The notes below the pieces were generated by a model that saw nothing but the letters and a program-made list of their open reading frames with translations, was not told the origin of the DNA and ran no database searches. From NCBI GenBank assembly GCA_963842845.1, contig CAWJHZ010000007.1:8342-72341 (forward strand): DNA of 64,000 bases, given 5' to 3'. The first letter of the stretch is position 1. Each line of letters starts with the position of its first letter. Shown here in pieces: positions 22,211 to 30,691 of the stretch. Source of the DNA: an uncultured Chloroflexia bacterium (lineage in GTDB: Bacteria; Chloroflexota; Dehalococcoidia; DSTF01; JALHUB01). Position numbers and translations under genes: made by a program.

Positions 22211-22453
22211 CTAATGGCACTGCCGGTCAAAGGTGCGGCGCGGCGGGTTCGCCAGTTCCCTGCTTATCGCCTGCTCGTAGACCTGCGCGATCACAGCGTG
22301 GCCGGCGTCGTTGGGGTGGATGTTGTCGCCGAAGCCGCTGCCGAGGAACGTCTTGTCCTGAGGCGTCGAAATCAGGCCAAGCTGCAGCTTCGTCGCGGTC
22401 CAGAGGTCGGCAACCGCGACGTCTCGCTTGGCCGCCGGCCCCATCCGCGACAT
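22211..22453 (-). pseudogene. possible C-terminal fragment of an SGNH/GDSL hydrolase
   Basis: 80-aa ORF containing GDNIHPNDAGHAVIAQ, which resembles the DxxH catalytic block at the C-terminus of SGNH hydrolases. No N-terminal GDS block present. Confidence 0.25.
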
Positions 22454-22513
22454 CCCGCATTCTAGCGCGGCGCGTGATAGCAGCGTAGAATCGGCGGTAA
22501 AGGAGGTCCTGGG

Positions 22514-23134
22514 ATGGACTCACTCGCCGGAATCGTGCGCCTCGAATCAGGACAGGTCGAAGACGCCGGAAAGATGCTCGGCCGCGCCTTCTTCGACAAC
22601 CCGATGGCGCTCTTCCTCCTGCCCGACGCCGATACCCGCAGCCGCCCGCTGACCTGGATGTTCGACCGAACTGCCCGCTACGGCCTGCTCTTCGGCGAGG
22701 TCTACACCACTGTCGATGCCGTCGACGGTGCCGCGATCTGGCTCGTGCCGGACGGTCCTCCCATGACCCGCGAGAACATCGCGGCCGCCGGAATGATGGA
22801 GATGCCCCAGCAGATGGGCGCGGAGCCGTTTCAGCGGTTGATGCTCATGAAGGGCCACTTCGATGAGCTGCGTCAGCGCGACGCTCCAGAGCGACACTGG
22901 TACCTGTGGACGCTCGGCGTGGACCCGCCGCGACAAGGCCAGGGCGTCGGCGGCGCGCTCATGCAGCCGGTATTTGCGCTGGCCGACCGCGAGGGCCTGC
23001 CGTGCTACCTGGAGGCGGACAAAGCGAAGAACGTCCCCTTCTACCAGCGACACGGCTTCGAGGTGGTGGAGGAGAGCGATCTGCCCGGCGGCGGCATGCA
23101 CTACTGGACAATGAAGCGCCCACCACAACGCTAA
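22514..23134 (+). CDS. GNAT family N-acetyltransferase
   Basis: 206 aa with the acetyl-CoA binding motif RQGQGVGGALM and a typical GNAT fold arrangement. Confidence 0.7.
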   Translation: MDSLAGIVRLESGQVEDAGKMLGRAFFDNPMALFLLPDADTRSRPLTWMFDRTARYGLLFGEVYTTVDAVDGAAIWLVPDGPPMTRENIAAAGMMEMPQQMGAEPFQRLMLMKGHFDELRQRDAPERHWYLWTLGVDPPRQGQGVGGALMQPVFALADREGLPCYLEADKAKNVPFYQRHGFEVVEESDLPGGGMHYWTMKRPPQR

Positions 23135-23173
23135 AGTGCGCAAGTGGCCTGCCCCCGAAAACGAGTCCACCCT

Positions 23174-24025
23174 CTATGTTACTCGTACAGGTAGCATCTG
23201 GTGTGACAGAGCTATACTTCCCGTCCACGGCAGCACCGTCTCCGGCGCCGGTGGCCGGTAACCCAGTGAGCTGTGGGGACGCACCGCATTGTAGTGCCGT
23301 CGCCAGCGCTCCACAAGCACCTGCGCCTCAAGAAGCGTGTCGAAGATCTCCGGGTTCAACAGCTCGTCCCTGAGCTTGCCATTGAACGACTCGACGTAGC
23401 CGTTCTCCCAGGGACTCCCGGGCTCTATGTACAGGGTCTTTACTCCTACCCTGGTCAGCCACTCCCGTACTACCTTCGCCGTGAACTCCGTGCCGTTGTC
23501 GGAGCGCAGGTGGCAGGGAGCGCCCTTCTCCACAAAGAGCTGAGCGAGCACCCCCAGAACGTCATCGCTGGTGATCCTCCTCGCCACGTATATGGCTAGG
23601 CACTCCCTGCTGAACTCGTCGATAATGACCAAGAGCCTGAAGGTGCGCCCGTCCCTCGTCCGCGCCGCCACGAAGTCGTAGCTCCAGACGTGTCCCTTGA
23701 AGGCGGGTCGCAGCCTCACGCAGGAGCCGTCGGTGAGCCAGAGACGCCCCCTCTTGGGCTGTCTCCTTGGCACCTTCAGACCCTCAAGCCGCCACAGCCT
23801 CTCCACCCGCTTGTGGTTGACTCGCCAGCCCTCACTGTTCAACATCGCCGTCACCCTACGATATCCGTATCTCCCGTACTCCGCCGCCAGCTCTACCATC
23901 CGCCGCACCAGAAGGGGCTCGTCAGATGGCGGCGCTCGTCCTCTCCTCTGGGTCGAACGTATCTGATTCAACACCAAGCAGGCCCGGCGCTCCGATACCG
24001 CCTCCCGGCCGAGCGCGTCCCTCAC
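23174..24025 (-). CDS. IS3-family transposase OrfB (DDE / rve integrase core)
   Basis: 283 aa. rve-type core ...[43 protein letters not shown]...[10 protein letters not shown]...[25 protein letters not shown] (the D, D, E catalytic context). Confidence 0.8.
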   Translation of the reverse strand: MRDALGREAVSERRACLVLNQIRSTQRRGRAPPSDEPLLVRRMVELAAEYGRYGYRRVTAMLNSEGWRVNHKRVERLWRLEGLKVPRRQPKRGRLWLTDGSCVRLRPAFKGHVWSYDFVAARTRDGRTFRLLVIIDEFSRECLAIYVARRITSDDVLGVLAQLFVEKGAPCHLRSDNGTEFTAKVVREWLTRVGVKTLYIEPGSPWENGYVESFNGKLRDELLNPEIFDTLLEAQVLVERWRRHYNAVRPHSSLGYRPPAPETVLPWTGSIALSHQMLPVRVT

Positions 24026-24057
24026 GTGCTCGACCGCAAGACCCCTCTTGGCCGGGC

Positions 24058-24336
24058 TCAGAAGTTTCCCTGGGCCGCCTCACGCAGAATGGCGTTGTCC
24101 AAGGAGAGGTCCGCCACCAGCTTCTTCAGCCGGGAGTTCTCCCGCTCTAGGTCCTTAAGCCTCCTCGCCTGATCCCTGCCCAAGCCCCCGTACTCCTTGC
24201 GCCAGCGGTAGTAGGTCTGCTCCGCCACCCCCAGCCTCCGGCATACGTCGGACACGGCAACGCCCTGCGCTAGAGCGACCTCAGCCTGTCTCAGCTTGCC
24301 GATGATTTCCTCGGCCGTGTGCTTCTTGCTGCCCAA
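24058..24336 (-). CDS. IS3-family transposase OrfA (HTH)
   Basis: 92 aa. [48 protein letters not shown] helix-turn-helix. Directly upstream of orfB in a different frame. Confidence 0.75.
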   Translation of the reverse strand: MGSKKHTAEEIIGKLRQAEVALAQGVAVSDVCRRLGVAEQTYYRWRKEYGGLGRDQARRLKDLERENSRLKKLVADLSLDNAILREAAQGNF

Positions 24337-24677
24337 TTCAGATGCCCCCTTTCTTCGGCCCAGTATCCGATATTCCCTCGCTGAAGAGTAACATTGGATC
24401 TGGACTCGTTTTCGGGGGGCAGGTCAAAGACAGCGCCAGCAGTCCTCGCGGCTGTGGACGGTGAGGTCAAAGTACACCCACCCGCCGCAGTGGGGACAGC
24501 GCCGGCAGCCGATACTAGCCACACTCGGCAATGTCATTGTCCGAGTTTAGGAGGTGCCCACTCTTCGTGCAAGGCTGCGGCATGCCTCACAGCCCTCCAG
24601 GTTGACAGCCGTGCTATGATCCGCGTGATTCACTTTCTGCATTCCCAACCTGTTCACCTCTGCCAAGGAAGTGTGCG

Positions 24678-25247
24678 ATGAGACGACTAATAGGCCTGAC
24701 GCTCGTGCTCGCGGCCTTCTTTGGCCTTACCTGCAGCAATGGGAACAAGAACGGCGGCCCGTCCTTCGCGCAATTGGTTATGTCTTTCAGGACTGCGACG
24801 TTCCACGGAAAGTATGACGTTCGGGTCAACAACACTCTGGCAGGCAGTATTGAATGGTTCCAACTGCCGCCTCGCACTCGACTGGACGTGTCGATTCTGG
24901 GGAGTACCGAGACGACCCTCCTCACGCCTGACGGCAACTTCAAATGTGATGCGGGCCAATGTCAGAACACTTCGGGCAGCGAGGAGACTCTCGCTAAGGG
25001 GTTCGACGAGCTTCTCACAGGGACGCGAGTAGTCAGCGACAGTCGGAGAATCATCGCCGAAAGGGATGGATTCTGCTTCGACGTGGAGGCCACACAGGAA
25101 ATCAACTTCAAGACGGGCGAAGTCTGTTTCGACGCCAACGGTTTCCCCCTCTTGCTTACAGGAAACGACGGAACTGGCGAAACCAGCATGGAAGCAATGG
25201 AGCTCAGCGACCGCGTCTCTTCAGATGCTTTCGCACTGCCCAACTGA
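24678..25247 (+). CDS. lipoprotein, cassette A of the secreted-protein array (no C-terminal sorting tail)
   Basis: MRRLIGLTLVLAAFFGLTCSNG signal peptide with lipobox. Preceded by the shared promoter-leader cassette and followed by the shared 3' element at 25284. Confidence 0.55.
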   Translation: MRRLIGLTLVLAAFFGLTCSNGNKNGGPSFAQLVMSFRTATFHGKYDVRVNNTLAGSIEWFQLPPRTRLDVSILGSTETTLLTPDGNFKCDAGQCQNTSGSEETLAKGFDELLTGTRVVSDSRRIIAERDGFCFDVEATQEINFKTGEVCFDANGFPLLLTGNDGTGETSMEAMELSDRVSSDAFALPN

Positions 25248-25417
25248 CCGCCCGTTCATGATCCAGCTAGACCGCCACGGCAATGTGTGAAACTGTCCAT
25301 GTGAGAACCGCCTCCGCTCAGGGGGAATTGGCCTAACCGACGGTTGACATCAGTGCTATAATCCTCTTGGTTCACTTCTGATTATCCCCGCCGACCCGCC
25401 AACAGGGAGGTTGTGCG

Positions 25418-26173
25418 ATGCGTGTTGCCGTTCCCCACAAAGGCCAGAGGGCACCTCTTCTGTTGTTCCTGCTAATACTTGGGCTTATGGCCACGTTGGC
25501 CGCAGCCATCCTCTGTTCATGGGTTTCGTCGCCCGGGGCGGTCGCTTCGGGCCCCCTCCACGGCATCAGCTTCCTCAAGGGCTGCGCCGGTCCTACGAAC
25601 GTGGGTGACCCGTACAGCTGCACGTTCCGCGTTTCAAACACTGTCGACCAGGCCAGTGACACCCTGACGATCACATCAGTTGTTGATGTCGTACATGCTG
25701 GCTCAGGCGACGTCTCTTCGGGCAATTTGCTGCCGGGCGCAACGTTCACTTTCACCGGAGGAGCATTCTGCAACGTCGGCCAAACGCTCTGCACGCTCCC
25801 GTTCGGCGCGTCTATCACCTTCACGACAAGCCATTACACCGTTCAGCCCACTGATCCGAACCCATTGACCGACAATGCTTCATTGACGTGGCAGGACACC
25901 TGTTCGAGCGGCTCTGGAAACTGCCCCGCGGGAGACCAAAGTGGCTCCAGTGGGTCTTGGTCGGCGGTGCAGACGCTCACGCCGACGCCGACGCCGACGC
26001 CGACAAGCACGCCTACACCGGTCCCTTACGGCTGGGTCGGCGGCATAGCGGAACCGCCCGATGTCGCCGAATCAGCGGGCGGATCATCTTCGCTACCATT
26101 CGCTGGCATCGCTGCAGGCGTCATTGCACTAGGAGCGGGCGGCTGGTATGCCAGGAGGCGCTGGCTCCACTAG
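25418..26173 (+). CDS. secreted protein, cassette B: N-terminal Cys-containing domain, PT linker, C-terminal sorting-signal-like tail
   Basis: Signal peptide. The domain is shared with the paralog at 33880..35247. The TPTPTPTPTSTPTP linker is followed by VGGIAEPPDVAESAGGSSSLPFAGIAAGVIALGAGGWYARRRWLH (motif, hydrophobic helix, basic cluster). Confidence 0.65.
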   Translation: MRVAVPHKGQRAPLLLFLLILGLMATLAAAILCSWVSSPGAVASGPLHGISFLKGCAGPTNVGDPYSCTFRVSNTVDQASDTLTITSVVDVVHAGSGDVSSGNLLPGATFTFTGGAFCNVGQTLCTLPFGASITFTTSHYTVQPTDPNPLTDNASLTWQDTCSSGSGNCPAGDQSGSSGSWSAVQTLTPTPTPTPTSTPTPVPYGWVGGIAEPPDVAESAGGSSSLPFAGIAAGVIALGAGGWYARRRWLH

Positions 26174-26200
26174 CAATCCGCAGCGAAGACCGGCATCGCC

Positions 26201-26226
26201 GTGTGTGAAACTGTCCACGTGAGAAC
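26201..26226 (+). repeat. conserved 3' cassette element GTGTGTGAAACTGTCCACGTGAGAAC (one of five copies; others at about 25284, 27521, 29130 and an orphan at 39856)
   Basis: Exact or near-exact 24-26 nt repeat found 25-35 bp after the stop codon of each cassette gene. It is co-conserved with the last codons (CGCTGGCTCCACTAG) and a CAACCCGCAGC spacer. Confidence 0.7.
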
Positions 26227-26414
26227 AGGGTCATGGCAGGGAGAAGAGGGATGACTAACCGCTGATTGACATCCTCGCCCAACTCAGAGTACCTTGCGGG
26301 AGCCTGGGCAGGAGCAGTCCTCTGTCATGATGGCACAAGCGACTTGCGCTAGGCATCAGGTTACGATCTGCCGAAGTCGTCCCCGCCCTTGCTTCTCAAG
26401 AAAGGGATTTCAAC

Positions 26415-27494
26415 ATGCCACTCAAATCGCCCCCCACAAGTGTACGTCTTCGATTACTGGCAGGTCTCATGGCAGTCGCCGTGCTATCGTTGGTCGCAGG
26501 TGTCACGCCCTCCTGGCCACAGCCCGTACACGCCGCATTTCCCGGGATCAACGGCAAGATCGCTTTTCAGAGCGACCGCAACGGCGCCTATCAGATCTAT
26601 AAAATGAATGCTGACGGTAGCGGTCAGACTCGTTTGACGAACAATGCGGCCAACGATACAACGCCCGCATGGTCTGCTGATGGTTCCCAAATCGTCTTCG
26701 GCAGCACGCGTGACGGCAACCCCGAGATCTACAAGATGAACGCTGACGGTACGGGGCAGGTACGCCTCACTAACAACACAGCCAACGATCTTTGGCCATC
26801 GTGGTCCCCCGACGGCTCCAAGATCGTCTTCACCAGCGACAGGGACGGCCAGTTCCACACCTACGTCATGAACGCCGATGGCAGCAGTCAGGCTCTTCTC
26901 GGCCCGGGTAACACCGACGACGAGTGGCCGGCCTGGTCGCCAGACGGGTCGAAGATAGCGTTTGTCAATGGGAACGGGGTCATTTACGAGCTCTATACGA
27001 TGAACGCCAACGGCACGGGTCGTACCCAACTGACCTTTGACGGCGCCATCAACACATCGCCTGACTGGTCTCCAAACGGATTGAAGATAGCGTTTGGCAC
27101 CGATCGTGGGGGGAACCGCGACATCTACCTGATCAGTGCCAGTGGCGGTGCCGAGACACGCCTTACCAACAACGGCGCTGTCAACGGCAACCCGGCCTGG
27201 TCTCCCGACGGCCAGCGCGTCGTCTTTTCCTCCAACAACCAGGTCTATGTCATGAACGCGGATGGTAGCAGCCAGACGCGTCTGACCAACGACTCAGCAG
27301 ATGATCTGTCGCCTGACTGGCAGCCGATCAAGCTGGCGGCCGTCGGTGGTATCGCAGAGCCTCCTGACATCACCCAATCAACGAGGGGATCATCGTCACT
27401 GTCGTTCGGTGCTCTTGCTGGCATCGCTGCAGCAGGAGTCGTGGTAGTCACTGTAGGTGGGTGGTGGTACGCACGGAGGCGTTGGCTCCGATAG
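26415..27494 (+). CDS. secreted TolB-like (PD40/WD40-like) beta-propeller protein, cassette C, with the same C-terminal sorting tail
   Basis: Repeats of the form ...DG..IVF.S.RDGN.EIYKMNADGSGQ.RLTNN.A.D..P.WSPDG... (at least six blades). Tail VGGIAEPPDITQSTRGSSSLSFGALAGIAAAGVVVVTVGGWWYARRRWLR. Confidence 0.65.
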   Translation: MPLKSPPTSVRLRLLAGLMAVAVLSLVAGVTPSWPQPVHAAFPGINGKIAFQSDRNGAYQIYKMNADGSGQTRLTNNAANDTTPAWSADGSQIVFGSTRDGNPEIYKMNADGTGQVRLTNNTANDLWPSWSPDGSKIVFTSDRDGQFHTYVMNADGSSQALLGPGNTDDEWPAWSPDGSKIAFVNGNGVIYELYTMNANGTGRTQLTFDGAINTSPDWSPNGLKIAFGTDRGGNRDIYLISASGGAETRLTNNGAVNGNPAWSPDGQRVVFSSNNQVYVMNADGSSQTRLTNDSADDLSPDWQPIKLAAVGGIAEPPDITQSTRGSSSLSFGALAGIAAAGVVVVTVGGWWYARRRWLR

Positions 27495-27668
27495 CAACCC
27501 ACGGCTAGACCGCTACAGCAGTGTGTGAAACTGTCCACGTGAGAACGCCTACAGGACAGGGTGAATTAGGCGCATTGACAAGGGTTCAAACGGTGCTATA
27601 ATCTCCGCATTGGTGGCTCGTTACTGATTATCCCCCGTCATGGATTCCCGCCCGATAAGGAGAGTTGA

Positions 27669-29108
27669 ATGCGCACTGTGACTCCTTCAGTGGGGTTGCG
27701 GGTTTTTCTGGCTACGATGACCTTGGGCGTACTTCTGATCCTGTTGACGACGGCGTCGGAGAGCCGCGCCACCGGACCCTGGACAGTACTCCAGCCTGCA
27801 CCCGTCGCTCGTATGGGATTGCATACCGTAGCCTACGACAATAACGGACATCTCTTTGTTACCACAGGGCTGCTCGACTGGACCACCCCCACGGACGGCT
27901 TCTATCGTTACGATATCGCCACAGATTCCTGGACTCAGTTAGCATCTACACCCCAGCGGATGTTTGACAGCAAATCGGCCTACGATGGCGCAGGGCACAT
28001 ATACCTCATTCAAGGAGGGAATTACTCTTTTACTGCCGTACACAACTTCTATCGGTATGATATTGCCTCGAACACTTGGTCCCAACTCCCGCCGGTTCCA
28101 CTGGACTACGTGGCTGAGGCAGCGTCCTGCTCTGATGGGCGGCACATGTTCGTTACCGGCGGGAATCTGTACGATGTCCAGCACTTCTACTCCTTTGATA
28201 TGACGACGCTCGTTTGGACTGAATTGGCTTCGCCTCCGGGGATCATGTCTGGAGACTCCTTGAGATACGCCTGGCAGAACGCGTGCGCAACCGATGGGCA
28301 GGGCGTGTATCTGTTCGGCGGGGATACCGTTAACGGCGATGGGGACCATCCCATTGTCTACACGAATCGGCTGGTTCGATATGACATAGCAACTAACCAA
28401 TGGTTCCGCCTGGCTGACGGCCCAGAGATTATGATAGACAACGTGGCGGTCTATGATGGTCATCATCGCATACTCGTTTCAAGAGGCTTCCAGCCCCTTG
28501 AGAGCGGCGATTGGGTACCAACAGCCCAGTTGTACTCGTACGACATCAGCTCTGACGAGTGGACACAAATGCCGGATGCGCCCGGCCCTATGAGCGGGAA
28601 CAGTGGTGCCTACGATACCAACGCTGACGCTTTCTTTATCACTGCCGGCCTTGGCGATTCCGACGCAGCTTCCCTCTACGAGTTCGAGGAGAATCTCGTT
28701 CCACCGACCAATACGCCGACTCCCTGCCCTGGATCAGGGTGCCCAACTTCAACGGCTACGAGCTCACCCACGTCGATGCCTAGTCCATTACCTACGTCGA
28801 CGCCCAGTCCTTCGCCCACGTCGACGCCTAGCCCATCACCCACGTCTACGCCTAATCCATCACCTACGTCCACCCGCAGCCCATCCGCCACGCCAACACC
28901 TCCGCCTTCGGCAACCGCCAAACCCTCACAAGGCGTCGGAGGCACGGTGATGCTCCCGCCAGCCGCTGTGGTTGCTGCCTCCGATACCACGGCTGAGGAC
29001 TCCGGCTGGTCAGGTGGCGCGTATGCGGCGCTGGCTGTCGGCCTAAGTGCGGCGTTTGCGGCGCTTGGCGTCGGCGGCTGGTACGCAAAGAAGCGCTGGC
29101 TCCACTAG
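27669..29108 (+). CDS. secreted Kelch-repeat beta-propeller protein, cassette D, with P/S/T-rich linker and the same sorting tail
   Basis: Kelch-like blades (YRYDIATDSWTQLASTP, YRYDIASNTWSQLPP, YSFDMTTLVWTELASPP, VRYDIATNQWFRLADGP, YSYDISSDEWTQMPDAP). Linker SPTSTPSPSPTST... Tail ...GGAYAALAVGLSAAFAALGVGGWYAKKRWLH. Confidence 0.65.
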   Translation: MRTVTPSVGLRVFLATMTLGVLLILLTTASESRATGPWTVLQPAPVARMGLHTVAYDNNGHLFVTTGLLDWTTPTDGFYRYDIATDSWTQLASTPQRMFDSKSAYDGAGHIYLIQGGNYSFTAVHNFYRYDIASNTWSQLPPVPLDYVAEAASCSDGRHMFVTGGNLYDVQHFYSFDMTTLVWTELASPPGIMSGDSLRYAWQNACATDGQGVYLFGGDTVNGDGDHPIVYTNRLVRYDIATNQWFRLADGPEIMIDNVAVYDGHHRILVSRGFQPLESGDWVPTAQLYSYDISSDEWTQMPDAPGPMSGNSGAYDTNADAFFITAGLGDSDAASLYEFEENLVPPTNTPTPCPGSGCPTSTATSSPTSMPSPLPTSTPSPSPTSTPSPSPTSTPNPSPTSTRSPSATPTPPPSATAKPSQGVGGTVMLPPAAVVAASDTTAEDSGWSGGAYAALAVGLSAAFAALGVGGWYAKKRWLH

Positions 29109-29465
29109 CAACCCGCAGCCAACACGGGAGTGTGTGAAACTGTCCACGTGGGCACCCACACCAAGGGAAGATGTTGTCACCGCCAGACGGTCTGCGGAAC
29201 AGGTGATCTGCCCCACAAGCCGCGCCTGTCCGCCGGCCACGCCCTGCGTGTTCAAGGACTTCTGGCAGGGCTGGCGGGCCCGAGATGTGAAAATGGATCT
29301 ATTCGCCACTTGACAAGCGCCTACAAGATGTTATACTCCGCTTTGCTGGTGGAAATTCCCTGAATCCCCGCCGAACTCGAAGTCCTCGCCAACAGAGAAT
29401 TTGTGTGGCGGCGAGTTCTTATTGCTTGAATGCCGCTTGCGCGGTTCCTATTCGGAGGTGGCGAA

Positions 29466-30530
29466 ATGACAAAGAGACTTCTCGTCGCGGCTATCATCTT
29501 CGGGTCTTTCATGGTATCGGCGGCCGGAACCACGGCCAGCCCAGCTTATGGTTTTGTCCAAGTCAGCGGAGGTCTGGACTACACATGTGCTATGGAGGCG
29601 AATGGCAGCCTCATTTGTTGGGGGGGAATCTACGGGGCGTCTTATCCCTTTGCGGATATGTTCAGCCAAATCAACGCCGGTGATGACCATGGTTGTGGAG
29701 TCAGAGTTGACGGTACCTTGGAGTGTTGGGGTGATAATTCCGTCGGGCAATCAACACCTCCCTCCGGCACCTTCACTCAAGTTAGCGCTGGCTTCCGGTT
29801 CACTTGCGGGGTAAGGACGAATGGTGTCATAGCCTGCTGGGGAGCCAATGATGAAGGTCAGTTGAACACTCCATCTGGCACGTTCGGCCAGGTAAGCGCT
29901 GGCGGCTACCATGCCTGTGGCTTGCGAACGGACGGGACTCTGACCTGCTGGGGTTGGGACAACTTTGGGCAAGCGTCACCTCCGAGCGGCACTTTCGGGC
30001 AAATTGATGCAGGATATGAGCAAACATGCGGAGTGAAGACTGACGGCACTATGGTTTGTTGGGGCAATAATCAATACGGACAGTCCACTCCGCCGGCGGG
30101 GACATTCACGCATGTCGCCTCAGGTTATATTCACACTTGCGGAATAAAGACCAACGGCACTATCGCTTGTTGGGGATACAATGGCTTTGGACAATCAACG
30201 CCTCCGTCTGGCGTCTTTGCTCAAATCGGGGCCGGGTACGACCATACCTGCGCCATAAACTTGAGCGGAGCAATTGCCTGCTGGGGAGACAATGAATCGG
30301 GGCAGGCAACGCCACCAGTACTGCCACCTCCCCCATCTCCGACACCCGGCAGCGTCGGCGGCAAGATACTGCTTCCTGTGGCGTTGGACCCTCAGCAAGA
30401 TTTCGATGGGGCAAGAGGAGCTTCTGGAGGGTCGGGTATCCCGCTGGCTGCGTGGCCTGTGCTGGCCAGTGCCCTGGGAGGCGTTTTGGCGGCGGCTGGC
30501 TGGCGTGCACGGAGGCGCTGGCTGAGGTAG
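29466..30530 (+). CDS. secreted RCC1-repeat (BLIP-II-like) beta-propeller protein, cassette E, with the same sorting tail
   Basis: RBS GGAGGTGG then ATG (MTKRLLVAAIIFGSFMVSAAG). Seven repeats of the form ..CG...DGT..CWG.N..GQ..PPSGTF.Q..AG. Tail VGGKILLPVALDPQQDFDGARGASGGSGIPLAAWPVLASALGGVLAAAGWRARRRWLR. Confidence 0.65.
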   Translation: MTKRLLVAAIIFGSFMVSAAGTTASPAYGFVQVSGGLDYTCAMEANGSLICWGGIYGASYPFADMFSQINAGDDHGCGVRVDGTLECWGDNSVGQSTPPSGTFTQVSAGFRFTCGVRTNGVIACWGANDEGQLNTPSGTFGQVSAGGYHACGLRTDGTLTCWGWDNFGQASPPSGTFGQIDAGYEQTCGVKTDGTMVCWGNNQYGQSTPPAGTFTHVASGYIHTCGIKTNGTIACWGYNGFGQSTPPSGVFAQIGAGYDHTCAINLSGAIACWGDNESGQATPPVLPPPPSPTPGSVGGKILLPVALDPQQDFDGARGASGGSGIPLAAWPVLASALGGVLAAAGWRARRRWLR

Positions 30531-30691
30531 CCCGATTCCAGCGCCTCGCGAAGACCGCTGTTGGGTCGCTCAAAAAAGCCATCGCGACCCCATATGACAC
30601 TAAGTGTGGATGTTGATGGCTAGGTTCGCCATTCCAGCCCAAGGCCGGGCCGCCCGACGAATGCCCCCTCGAGCGCCAGACCCGGCCTCAG

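Larger units (their letters stand above)
23145..24424 (-). mobile_element. complete IS3-family insertion sequence (about 1.28 kb) with terminal inverted repeats TGGCCTGCCCCCGAAAACGAGTCCA
   Basis: The right end at 23145 and the left end at about 24397-24424 (GTGGACTCGTTTTCGGGGGGCAGG) are inverse complements. Contains orfA and orfB in the typical -1 frame arrangement. Confidence 0.75.
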
